Source: an uncultured Fidelibacterota bacterium | GTDB taxonomy: Bacteria; Fidelibacterota; Marinisomatia; Marinisomatales; UBA1611 | Length of the DNA stretch: 62,854 bases | Assembly (NCBI GenBank): GCA_937893835.1 | Contig: CALCSS010000024.1 | Span: forward strand, 1 to 62,854 | Reading direction: 5' to 3' | Shown here: in pieces, positions 52,796 through 62,011 of the stretch | How positions within the stretch are numbered: the first letter of the stretch is position 1 | How the letters are laid out: every line of letters begins with the position of its first letter | Notes under the pieces: generated by a model | Told to the model about the DNA's origin: nothing | The model's database searches: none | Seen by the model: the letters and a program-made list of their open reading frames with translations, nothing else | Position numbers and translations under genes: made by a program

Positions 52796-55001
52796 TAAAT
52801 ACCACATAATACTATGTTTCCTGGGGCTCTTATGGTCCCAGGAAACATCAGTTTCAGGTCTCATTATGAATGATGATGACAAGACACCTGTACACGGAGC
52901 TAATGTTTACATTAAAGAACTTAGTATTGGAGCCGTATCCCAAGTAGATGGCCGTTTCATTTTAGATAATGTCTCACTTGGAAAAATATCAATATCGATT
53001 TCTATGATTGGTTTTAAGAATCTAAACAAATCATATATTTTAGATACAAAGAATACTGATTTGGGAAGTTTTTACCTTTCAAGAGATACAATAAAAATTG
53101 AAGAAATAGTTGTTGACGCACACCATGAGCTTAGACCTCATGGATTCATTTCTAACATTAATGTTGCTGGTGATCAATACCACAACATGGTTAAGTCTTC
53201 TCTAGCCTTAACTCTAGAGCAGCAAACGGGGCTATCCATCAGATCCATGGGCCAAGGTGTAACCCAACCGGTGTTAAGAGGATATTCAGGTGATAGATTT
53301 TTACTTACAGAAAATGGTATTACTGCTGGAGATCTATCAAATACATCCATTGACCACACGATTAGTATGGACATGGCAGCTTATAATAATATCAGAATCA
53401 TCCGTGGACCAGAGGCCTTGCTATTCGGATCCAATACGATTGGCGGAGTAATTGATGTTTCTCGAAAAAATAATACGGAAGCTAGGTTTAATAAATTACA
53501 TGTTAGAAATATTTCAGGAATGGAATCCTCTAATGAAAGTTTTTTTGGAAATTTTATTGCATATCTTCCCTATAAAGAAAATCATCAATTTGGTTTTTCG
53601 CTTTTAAGTAGAACCGCGGGTGATCAAAAATCTCCAGAGTCATCAATAGAAAATACTGCACTATCCAACAGAGAGTTAACAGGAAGCTATTCCTATTTTG
53701 GTAAGAATGATAGATCAACAATCTCATATGAACAAATAGAAATGGATTATGGTATCCCAGGAAGTTTGGAGGGACATATAGATGGTGTAGATATTAAAAT
53801 GAATAAAAGGACCCTAAAACACACATACCATAAAGATATTTCTTTTCTAGGTTTTCAAACCCTTGATATAGATCAACGCTTCATAGATTATGGACATACT
53901 GAAAATGAAAAAGACAACCCTAATCCTTCTGTGATCATGGACCAGGAAATTTTTTCTTTACAAAGCAAGATTACTGGGAATAAACTAACCGCAGGTTCAT
54001 TACTTCAATATCGAAACTTTGAAGCAGGGGGGTTTTATTGGACGCCAGATACCAAGGAAATGAGCGTTGCTCTTTTTGGATTAATTGAACGTGAAATAAA
54101 TGATTTTATTTTACAATTTTCATCAAGGGCAGAATATTTATTGGTGCTTCCAGATACAGAATTATTATATCTTTCCAATATAAATGAAAGTCTAGTTAAG
54201 AAACGAAAATTCCAAGTATTTTCAGCGGCATTAGGAGTTATCCGAGATTGGAAGAATTGGGAACTTTCACTTGGCACCATGCTTACTCAAAGAGCACCAG
54301 GAATTGAGGATCTTTTTTCTGATGGTCCACATCTTGGTACATATGCATATGAAATTGGGCAACCTAAATTGATGTTAGAAAAAACAATTGGTCTTGAGGC
54401 ATCACTTAGGCGTCAAATGGGAAAAATCGACATAAGATTCACAGGTTATCAAAACTATAGTCCAAATTTTCATATTAGCACAAAAATGGGAGATGGCTAT
54501 GAACCTGGTGCAGATTGGATCGAATGGGGAAGTGGATCAAGTGGATGGCTATACAAATACCAAATGAACGGTTTCAGAGCGCGTATCTATGGTTTTGAAT
54601 CCGAGTTGGAGTATGAACTATTTAAGATGATAAACCTGTATGGTAGTGCTTCATTTACTAGAGGAGAAAACATTTCAGAGAATAGACCACTTGCATACAT
54701 GCCACCAGATAAAATCATCTTTTCAACAGAACTAGATTTGCAACCATTTTCTATAACACTGCAACTAAAAAAGGTTTTACCACAAACAAGGTTAGGTGAA
54801 TTCGAAACCAAAACTGAGGGATATTTTATCGCTGATTTAAATGGCAGTCTCACAATCCACCGATCTCAGATAACTCACAAGATCATTTTTCAGATAGATA
54901 ATATTTTCAATCAGGTATATTATAATCACCTTTCAAGTATAAAACGAATCATGCCTGAAAAAGGACAAAGTTTCAGCATGCAATATCGCTTAGTGTTTTA
55001 A
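52791..55001 (+). CDS. TonB-dependent receptor (CarboxypepD_reg + plug + barrel); true start upstream of the track's ATG 52866 and non-canonical
   Basis: The frame is open from 52791 and encodes '(I)NKYHIILCFLGLLWSQETSVSGLI' before 'MNDDDKTPVHGANVYIKE...'. That is the signal peptide and first strand seen in the other three TBDRs, but there is no ATG/GTG/TTG in this stretch. Plug 'PVLRGYSGDRFLLTENGI'. Ends 'MQYRLVF'. Confidence 0.75.
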   Translation: MNKYHIILCFLGLLWSQETSVSGLIMNDDDKTPVHGANVYIKELSIGAVSQVDGRFILDNVSLGKISISISMIGFKNLNKSYILDTKNTDLGSFYLSRDTIKIEEIVVDAHHELRPHGFISNINVAGDQYHNMVKSSLALTLEQQTGLSIRSMGQGVTQPVLRGYSGDRFLLTENGITAGDLSNTSIDHTISMDMAAYNNIRIIRGPEALLFGSNTIGGVIDVSRKNNTEARFNKLHVRNISGMESSNESFFGNFIAYLPYKENHQFGFSLLSRTAGDQKSPESSIENTALSNRELTGSYSYFGKNDRSTISYEQIEMDYGIPGSLEGHIDGVDIKMNKRTLKHTYHKDISFLGFQTLDIDQRFIDYGHTENEKDNPNPSVIMDQEIFSLQSKITGNKLTAGSLLQYRNFEAGGFYWTPDTKEMSVALFGLIEREINDFILQFSSRAEYLLVLPDTELLYLSNINESLVKKRKFQVFSAALGVIRDWKNWELSLGTMLTQRAPGIEDLFSDGPHLGTYAYEIGQPKLMLEKTIGLEASLRRQMGKIDIRFTGYQNYSPNFHISTKMGDGYEPGADWIEWGSGSSGWLYKYQMNGFRARIYGFESELEYELFKMINLYGSASFTRGENISENRPLAYMPPDKIIFSTELDLQPFSITLQLKKVLPQTRLGEFETKTEGYFIADLNGSLTIHRSQITHKIIFQIDNIFNQVYYNHLSSIKRIMPEKGQSFSMQYRLVF
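52814..52848 (+). promoter_or_regulatory. perfect 12-bp hairpin ATGTTTCCTGGG-N11-CCCAGGAAACAT inside the TBDR signal-peptide coding region
   Basis: Read directly from the sequence. No T-tract on either side, so it is not a canonical terminator. A 12-bp perfect stem is well beyond chance for this window. Confidence 0.6.
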
Positions 55002-55088
55002 CTATTCATCATCACATTAAAATAGTCCGAATAATTAGTATAAATCTCGATTTAGACTGTGAGAATCTCATTTATTAATAGAAAACAA

Positions 55089-55112
55089 CGAATTATTAAC
55101 GTTATTAATTCG
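55089..55112. terminator. 24-nt near-perfect palindrome between convergent genes (possible bidirectional terminator)
   Basis: CGAATTATTAAC/GTTATTAATTCG, 11 of 12 pairs. Lies between the TBDR (+) and ABC-F (-) 3' ends. AT-rich, so stability is modest. Confidence 0.4.
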
Positions 55113-55197
55113 ACTTATTTTCGTCATGACAAATATTATTTCAGGAAATAAGAGGGATTTAGATGAGCCTCATAACCCGATTGGAGCTGTGATGATT

Positions 55198-56793
55198 CTA
55201 AGCGGGGTTTTTTGTTTGTGATGATTGGTAGTTTTCGTAACTGCTGTATTCAATGATTTTATCACTTTTTATCTCTATTAATCTGGTCGCCAATGAAGAA
55301 ATGAATTCTCTATCGTGACTAACAAAGATTGTTGTACCATCAAAAAGACCCAGAGCATGGTTCAGAGACTCTATAGATTCCATATCAAGGTGATTTGTTG
55401 GCTCGTCCAATATGATTACGTTGGCTCTTTGCAGAATAATCTTTCCGAATAGCATTCGTCGTTGTTCACCTCCTGAAAGAACGCTTATAGGTTTGTTGAT
55501 ATCATCTTGAGAGAAGAGTAGTCTACCAAGTGTCCCACGTATTGTTTCCATATCATCTTCTTGATGGCTCCATTTTGCCATCCAATCGACCAGAGAGATA
55601 TTTGACTTGAACTCTTCACTGTGATTTTGTGCGAAATAACCTATGACGGCATTTTCTGACCATTTGGTTGATCCGTCATCAGCAAAACTGTCATCAATTA
55701 GGCATTTAAGCAATGTGGTCTTTCCGATTCCATTTTCTCCAATTATAGCAATACGATCACCTGAGTTAATGGTCATGCTAAACTTTTTTATTATGCTTAG
55801 CTTATCATAAGCCTTTGAGATATTTTCCAGTTCTAAAACTTTGTTGTGTACCTTTTTGCCTTGATTGAACCTGATAAATGGATAGACTCTACTTGAGTTT
55901 TTTATGTCATCTAATTTGATCTTATTGATCTGATTGGCCCTTGATGTTGCCTGTCTTGCTTTTGATGCATTTGCAGAGAATCTTTTTACAAAAGATTGGA
56001 GTTCATTGATCTTTGCTTGTTTTTTAGCATTTTCATTGATCAATGTTTCTCGTGCCTGAGTAGAAGCGATCATAAAATCATCGTAGTTGCCAGGGTAGAG
56101 TCTGATCTCACCATAATCAAGATCAGCCACGTGGGTGCAAACACTATTTAAAAAGCGACGGTCATGAGAAATGACTATCATGGTGCAGTCTCGAGATCGG
56201 AGTGTGTTTTCGAGCCAGCGTATTGTATTGATATCCAAATTATTGGTAGGCTCATCTAGCAATAAAATACCGGGGTCACCAAAAAGTGCTTGAGCCAGTA
56301 GAACTCTAAGTTTTAATCCTGGAGCAATTGAGCTCATTGGTCTAGCATGGTCCTTTATCGGTATTCCTACCCCTAATAATAGTTCCTCTGCTTCTGCTTC
56401 GGCAGTGTATCCATCCATCTCACCAAACTCTGATTCAAGGTCTGCAACTCTCATTCCTTGTTCCTCAGTCATATTTGGTAAACTATAGATATGATCTCTT
56501 TCTTGTTTTATCTTCCAAAGTAGGCCATGACCCATAATAACACAGTCAGAGACTTTTAAATCCTCATATGCAAATTGATCTTGATTTAGTTTTGCCAGTC
56601 TCTTGGTCTTATCAATTGACACAGTACCAGAGCTTGCATCAATCTCATTTGTGAGAATCTTCATAAATGTAGATTTTCCCGAACCATTTGCACCAATTAA
56701 ACCATATCTATTATTATTGGAAAAAGACACTGTTATATTTTCGAAAAGTGGTTCGGTACCGAACTGTATGGAAATGTTATCTGTTGAGATCAT
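55198..56793 (-). CDS. ABC-F family ATPase (YbiT/EttA-like, two ABC domains, no membrane domain)
   Basis: Two Walker A motifs ('GANGSGKST', 'GENGIGKTT'), two signatures ('APGLKLRV' region and 'LSGGEQRR'), two Walker B motifs ('ILLLDEPTN', 'VIILDEPTN'). 531 aa. Confidence 0.9.
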   Translation of the reverse strand: MISTDNISIQFGTEPLFENITVSFSNNNRYGLIGANGSGKSTFMKILTNEIDASSGTVSIDKTKRLAKLNQDQFAYEDLKVSDCVIMGHGLLWKIKQERDHIYSLPNMTEEQGMRVADLESEFGEMDGYTAEAEAEELLLGVGIPIKDHARPMSSIAPGLKLRVLLAQALFGDPGILLLDEPTNNLDINTIRWLENTLRSRDCTMIVISHDRRFLNSVCTHVADLDYGEIRLYPGNYDDFMIASTQARETLINENAKKQAKINELQSFVKRFSANASKARQATSRANQINKIKLDDIKNSSRVYPFIRFNQGKKVHNKVLELENISKAYDKLSIIKKFSMTINSGDRIAIIGENGIGKTTLLKCLIDDSFADDGSTKWSENAVIGYFAQNHSEEFKSNISLVDWMAKWSHQEDDMETIRGTLGRLLFSQDDINKPISVLSGGEQRRMLFGKIILQRANVIILDEPTNHLDMESIESLNHALGLFDGTTIFVSHDREFISSLATRLIEIKSDKIIEYSSYENYQSSQTKNPA

Positions 56794-57098
56794 TTTAGTA
56801 ATTGTTAAATGTTGTTAAAAGCCATTTAGATCGGCTAAGTCTGGTAAATAATATGCTATAAATCGAATTTGGAGTTTAATAAGAAAGACCTGATAAATAC
56901 ATAGACAATAATATAAGATTTTGTAGTTAAGTCCATCTTATAAACTTATAAATCGATTAAAGCTTTATTGATTCTAAACGAAGTTTTTTGTTAGTAGGAT
57001 GATGGGTGGGTTTACTTCAAATCTTCATATTCATCTTTCTTTTTGATATCCTTGGTTATTCCTTATAAAATCTGACTGCTGGAACTTTAGTTAATGCT

Positions 57099-57809
57099 AT
57101 GTCATTAACAAAATATCAAAGGATTTTTATGCAAAAACTGAGATTGATCGATCATATTTTAATCATTGTGCTTTCTATTACTCCTATTTTCTCAAGATCG
57201 GGGATATTGAATGTTGGTTTTGATATTGATGATACGGTCTTATTCTCAAGAGATGTCTTTTTGAACATTCCCAAAGATAAGAGAGACCCCATTGACTATG
57301 GTTGGATAAATACACATGACGAAGGTCTTTCGCTCTATATTGACCCAACTGTTGAATTGATAAATTATTTTGTTAGTAATGGGCATAATGTTTTTTTCAT
57401 CACTGCTAGACCAGGTACGAATGGTGAGACCTTGGCAACATTCTTATCAAAAGGCCTCAGGTTCCCTGTAAAGAAGAACAAGAATCTATTTTTCTCACCT
57501 AAGGAAAAAATAGATGGCAAAAGACATACGACCAAACATCGTATTATGAAGCGCCTCAAATTGGACTTGTTCTATGGTGATGGTGATTCAGATATGGTTG
57601 CAGCCTTGAAGGCTGATGTTCATCCTATTCGAATCGTGCGTCACGAAAGATCCATCATTGAATATGGGTCAAACTATTTTGGTAATACACTAGATGGGAA
57701 AACAAAACAAAATCCTTATGGCTCTGATGATCTGAGTATATTTTATTCAGGAAGTATTGGCATATTTGGTGAGTCTATTTATCCAATAGTCTGGGAAGGT
57801 CCCAAATAA
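57099..57809 (+). CDS. aphA: class B acid phosphatase (AphA-like, HAD DDDD family)
   Basis: 'VGFDIDDTVLFS', 'FFITARP', 'FYGDGDSDM' and 'PIRIVR' parallel E. coli AphA blocks as I recall them. The start could instead be the internal Met at 57129. Confidence 0.7.
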   Translation: MSLTKYQRIFMQKLRLIDHILIIVLSITPIFSRSGILNVGFDIDDTVLFSRDVFLNIPKDKRDPIDYGWINTHDEGLSLYIDPTVELINYFVSNGHNVFFITARPGTNGETLATFLSKGLRFPVKKNKNLFFSPKEKIDGKRHTTKHRIMKRLKLDLFYGDGDSDMVAALKADVHPIRIVRHERSIIEYGSNYFGNTLDGKTKQNPYGSDDLSIFYSGSIGIFGESIYPIVWEGPK

Positions 57810-57821
57810 TGGAATGTATCA

Positions 57822-58172
57822 ATGTATAGAGACCGGAAATTCATCTTATTCATATTCATTATATCTTTTTTTGGATGTGCTCATAATGTAGCAGAAGATT
57901 CAGAACAGAATTGCGCAGAAACCGAATCATTCTATGTTGAGACCATCGCTCCGATCTTATCTCAGAATTGTGTGGGTTGTCATAGTGGTGAATCTCCATC
58001 AGGTGACCTAAGGTTGGATTCCTTCACATCCGTTCGTAATTCAATAGAATCTACATTGGATAGAGTAAATCGGGATCAAGGTTCAGCAGGTTTCATGCCA
58101 CAGGGTGGAAGTAAACTGACAGAGGATCAAATGACTTCCTTACAGGTATTCTTTGAGATGGATTGTGAATGA
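57822..58172 (+). CDS. small lipoprotein with a c-type heme-binding motif (PSCyt1-like)
   Basis: Lipobox 'SFFGC'. 'SQNCVGCHSGESPSGDLRLDSF' contains CxxCH. Confidence 0.55.
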   Translation: MYRDRKFILFIFIISFFGCAHNVAEDSEQNCAETESFYVETIAPILSQNCVGCHSGESPSGDLRLDSFTSVRNSIESTLDRVNRDQGSAGFMPQGGSKLTEDQMTSLQVFFEMDCE

Positions 58173-58705
58173 AGATAAAGATCATCTATCTCTTAATGCT
58201 GGTGCCACTGGTCGCTAGAGACATATACTTCACAAGGTCAGGCAAGGTATCATTCTTCTCCTCCACTCCTATTGAGGACATAGAGGCTGATAATGGTCAG
58301 ATGACCTGTGTCATGAACCTAGAGACAGGAGAGGTCTCCTTTCGAATCCCTATCCTTGGCTTCAGTTTTAAGAATGGTCTAATGCAAGAACATTTTAATG
58401 AGAACTACATGGAGTCAGATCTATACCCCAATGCCAGTTTCAAAGGAAAGATCAATGATTGGTCCAACATAGAGCTGGCCGAAACACCACAGGCTGTGAG
58501 GTTGGATGGCACCATGACCATCCATGGTGTGAGCAAGGAAATATCGGAGAAGGGCCATATCTCCTTAAAAAATGATAACATCTTTGGAAGTTCGCGGTTC
58601 CAGGTCATAGTTGCTGATTATGACATTGAGATTCCAAAACTCCTACGTGAGAATATTGCAAAAGTAATCGATATTGACACTGAATTGATCCTAAAGAAAA
58701 AATGA
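58169..58705 (+). CDS. YceI-like periplasmic protein
   Basis: Size and pattern 'SGKVSFFSSTPIEDIEADNGQMTCVMNLETGEVSFRIPILGFSF...NASFKGKI...LDGTMTIHGVSKE'. 4-nt overlap with the upstream gene. Confidence 0.7.
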   Translation: MKIKIIYLLMLVPLVARDIYFTRSGKVSFFSSTPIEDIEADNGQMTCVMNLETGEVSFRIPILGFSFKNGLMQEHFNENYMESDLYPNASFKGKINDWSNIELAETPQAVRLDGTMTIHGVSKEISEKGHISLKNDNIFGSSRFQVIVADYDIEIPKLLRENIAKVIDIDTELILKKK

Positions 58706-59544
58706 TAAGATATATTGTTATATTATTTTTTCTAATTTGCATGTCTTATGCTCAAGGTGATCTCCTCGATCTCGTATCGGATAATGTAGCCGAATCAAAC
58801 CCCGTTCATGCAACCTTCAAGGCAACAAGGATCGTGAATTCCCAGTCGATTGAAATGCCTAGACCAGGGACACTGGAGTTCATGATATTACATCGTTTTG
58901 GGTCAATGTCTGATGGCTTCTATGACCTTTTTGGTATGGATGAGGCAGTGATACGATTTGATCTAAAGTATGGTCTAAATGATAATGTGTCTTTTGGTGC
59001 TGGTCGCAGTAGTTTGAACAAGGTCTTTGATTTCTTTTCCAAGGTGAAATTGTTACGACAAACAAGTGGCCAAGATGCCACACCCCTTTCTCTTGCGATA
59101 TTTACCAAATTTGAGATACATACCATTGATAGTGATATGGACATGACCGATAGATTTACCTTTGACCTTCAGGCACTAATTGCCAGAAAGTTCAACCGCT
59201 CATTATCGCTACAGATCACGCCGACATTCATTCATCGAAACCTAGTGCAAACACAGAAGGAACCGAATGACCTCATATCTCTAGGAATTGGCGGGCGTAT
59301 GAAATTGACAAAACGAACATCTGTCAATCTTGACACCTTTTTCCCTATTGGAGAAAGACCAGACTCATATACACAAGGTTGGGGAATCGGCTATGACATC
59401 GATACTGGTGGCCATGTATTTCAATTGATGATCACAAATGCACAAGGCTCATATGTAAGTGAATATGTTGAGCATGCAAGAGGCCAGTTCGAGGATCTTG
59501 AACTATACATTGGATTTAACATATCACGAGTTTTTAGTTTATAA
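58702..59544 (+). CDS. outer-membrane beta-barrel protein (DUF5777-like)
   Basis: 'TRIVNSQSIEMPRPGTLEFMILHRFG...GFYDLFGMDEAVIRFDLKYGL', ends 'FNISRVFSL'. 4-nt overlap with the YceI gene. Confidence 0.5.
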   Translation: MIRYIVILFFLICMSYAQGDLLDLVSDNVAESNPVHATFKATRIVNSQSIEMPRPGTLEFMILHRFGSMSDGFYDLFGMDEAVIRFDLKYGLNDNVSFGAGRSSLNKVFDFFSKVKLLRQTSGQDATPLSLAIFTKFEIHTIDSDMDMTDRFTFDLQALIARKFNRSLSLQITPTFIHRNLVQTQKEPNDLISLGIGGRMKLTKRTSVNLDTFFPIGERPDSYTQGWGIGYDIDTGGHVFQLMITNAQGSYVSEYVEHARGQFEDLELYIGFNISRVFSL

Positions 59545-59577
59545 TATACGTATATCCTTAATTTTGAAGATATTATC

Positions 59578-60840
59578 ATGGAATTAATCATTGATCATCT
59601 AATTATTTTTGTTCAAGAGATGTGGAGCCTCTGCTTGGAGATGTCTCCATTTCTATTATTGGGTATGCTTGTCTCTGGTCTCATATCAATTTTCATAGAT
59701 AGAGACCTCATATTCAAACAAATTGGTTCAAAGGATCTGGCCTCAATATTAAAGTCAACATTGTTTGGTATTCCCTTGCCTCTTTGTTCATGCGGTGTCA
59801 TACCAGTTGCTGCAACTCTCAGGGAGTCGGGAGCATCAAAGGGCTCAACCGTTTCATTCTTGGTCTCCACACCACAGACTGGTGTAGATAGTATTTTCTT
59901 GACCTATGGTATGTTAGGCCCCGTTTTTGCATTGTTTCGTCCTCTGGCCGCTCTCTTTTCCGGAGTGTTCAGTGGAGTGGTCATTAATAATTTTGATGAA
60001 GACAGTCACCACCATCTATCCGATGAAGACATAACCACAAAGGAAAGGAGATCCCTTAAAGAACGGGTCATCTCAGGTCTTGAATATGGATTTATATCCT
60101 TACCCTCTGACATAGTGGTTCCACTATTTCAAGGTCTTATTGTTGCTGCAGCAATTTCCATATTTTTACCGCCTGATATCATCGCAAATCATTTTATCTC
60201 TAATCCATATGTGCAATTTTTCATGATGCTTGCCATATCCATACCTCTATATGTATGTGCCACTGCCTCCATCCCCATTGCTGTTGCCCTTATGGCAAAA
60301 GGAGTGTCGCCTGGAGCGGCATTTGTTTTCTTGATGGCTGGACCAGCAACCAATGCATCTTCTATAGCAGTGATAAAAAATATTCTCGGTAAAAAGACTC
60401 TTTACTATTATTTGGGTCTCATTGCATTTACGGCCATTGTCTTTGGTGTGTTCCTTGACTCTTTTTTATCGATAACTCCACCAATAATGCCGAGCGCTGT
60501 TCATGACCATGACCATGGTGGAAGTTTTAGAATGCTGTTGACCATTCTATTTTTATTGATCTTGGGCAATGCATATTTGTCAAGAATTAGAACTGAAGAG
60601 GCCAGCGATATTGACACGGAAACTAGGTCGGATAGTTCATTTGAGCGAATAGAGATGACCGTAGAGGGAATGACATGTGGTCACTGTAAAGAGAGCGTTG
60701 AAAGTGTTGTGAATGGTTTTAGTGGTGTAGAGGAAGCATCTGTGGATCTTTTGTCAGGGAAGGTGATCGTGAGTGGAATTGAAATTGATGAGGCAGCGAT
60801 CAAAGAAAAGATCACAGCGAGAGGATTTTTGGTCAAATAA
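59578..60840 (+). CDS. ArsP/DUF318-type permease fused to a C-terminal heavy-metal-associated domain (SO_0444-type Cu/Zn efflux transporter-like)
   Basis: 'GIPLPLCSCGVIPVA', multiple TM segments, His cluster 'VHDHDHGG', HMA 'MTVEGMTCGHCKESVESVV'. Confidence 0.8.
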   Translation: MELIIDHLIIFVQEMWSLCLEMSPFLLLGMLVSGLISIFIDRDLIFKQIGSKDLASILKSTLFGIPLPLCSCGVIPVAATLRESGASKGSTVSFLVSTPQTGVDSIFLTYGMLGPVFALFRPLAALFSGVFSGVVINNFDEDSHHHLSDEDITTKERRSLKERVISGLEYGFISLPSDIVVPLFQGLIVAAAISIFLPPDIIANHFISNPYVQFFMMLAISIPLYVCATASIPIAVALMAKGVSPGAAFVFLMAGPATNASSIAVIKNILGKKTLYYYLGLIAFTAIVFGVFLDSFLSITPPIMPSAVHDHDHGGSFRMLLTILFLLILGNAYLSRIRTEEASDIDTETRSDSSFERIEMTVEGMTCGHCKESVESVVNGFSGVEEASVDLLSGKVIVSGIEIDEAAIKEKITARGFLVK

Positions 60841-60844
60841 GTAT

Positions 60845-61999
60845 ATGAAATACCTAAAATACTACATCTCAACCTTGACGCTCATTATTGCCGTTCATAT
60901 TTGTTTTCTTGGTGAATATTATCCAATGTTTTTTTTCGTGGGTTTTTCCTTGTTCATTATCCTTGGTGATCTGATGTTGAAGGAGGACTCTACAGAGACA
61001 AGATATTCAAAATTGTATTTATTGAATCTCCCTATGTATTTGAATTTCCCATTGTTGACCATCATTGTTCTCATTACGGTCTTTGTTCTGGGCGATGCAC
61101 CTTCTGACACATTTATAAATAGTATGATGACATATTTGAATGTTGATCTTTTGGAAATTAGAGCATCTTTGAATGTGGTCGATGCGATCTCTTTGGTTGC
61201 TCTAATGGGACTTTTCATTGGTATCATGGGAACCGTACCTGGCCATGAATTGGTCCATCGAAAGAAGAACAAGTTTGATATGTTCATGGGCAATTGGCTA
61301 TTAGCGCTCTCATGGGACTGTGCCTTTGCTATTGAACATGTATATGGGCACCACAAGAGAGTAGGACTACCGAGTGACCCAGCTACGGCCAAACGTGGTG
61401 AGAACATATTTGCATTCATAATCAGGGCTTCTATCAAAGAGCACATAGATGCTTGGAAAATAGTCATTGATCAGTATGAAAGAAGAGGCAAGTCTCTTTG
61501 GAGCTTTAATAATATAATGATATTAGGCTATCTAAGAAGTCTTGCCATCACTACCATTTCATTGATGGTGGGGGGGGGCAAAGGTATGCTTATATATCTG
61601 TTATGCGCGTTCATTGCCAAAGCGTTACTTGAAGTGATCAATTATACAGAGCATTATGGTCTAATTCGAATTGAGGGAGAGCCTGCTATGCCACATCATT
61701 CTTGGAACTCAAATAGTATATTAAGTAGCATATACCTATATAATGTTACCAGACACTCATCGCATCATGAAAAAGCAAGTTTGAGATATTGGGAGCTCAT
61801 GTCATATCGGGATGCGCCTATGATGCCTCAAGGTTATTTGACCATGCTTTACATGGCCTTGTTCCTTCCTTATTTTTTCCATAGGATGATGGCAAAGAAA
61901 CTTATTGATTGGGATGAGAGGTATGCGACCAATGAGGAACGAGTTCTAGCTCAAGAGCAGAATAATAAAAGCGGAATATCCATACTCACAGAACCTTGA
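60845..61999 (+). CDS. alkB: AlkB-type integral-membrane non-heme di-iron hydroxylase (alkane 1-monooxygenase family)
   Basis: All four His boxes are present: 'HELVHRK', 'EHVYGHHKRV', 'NYTEHYGL', 'RHSSHHE'. Start taken at ATG 60845 rather than the track's 60773, which overlaps the upstream gene. Confidence 0.75.
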   Translation: MKYLKYYISTLTLIIAVHICFLGEYYPMFFFVGFSLFIILGDLMLKEDSTETRYSKLYLLNLPMYLNFPLLTIIVLITVFVLGDAPSDTFINSMMTYLNVDLLEIRASLNVVDAISLVALMGLFIGIMGTVPGHELVHRKKNKFDMFMGNWLLALSWDCAFAIEHVYGHHKRVGLPSDPATAKRGENIFAFIIRASIKEHIDAWKIVIDQYERRGKSLWSFNNIMILGYLRSLAITTISLMVGGGKGMLIYLLCAFIAKALLEVINYTEHYGLIRIEGEPAMPHHSWNSNSILSSIYLYNVTRHSSHHEKASLRYWELMSYRDAPMMPQGYLTMLYMALFLPYFFHRMMAKKLIDWDERYATNEERVLAQEQNNKSGISILTEP

Positions 62000-62011
62000 T
62001 CAGACTGAATT

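Noticed and set aside
59544-59555. Perfect 12-nt palindrome ATATACGTATAT 23 nt upstream of the Cu/Zn-type efflux permease, considered as a possible metalloregulator operator.
   Set aside because: About 15 perfect 12-nt palindromes are expected by chance in 63 kb (63,000 x 4^-6), and more in AT-rich DNA. It has no second copy or extended arms.
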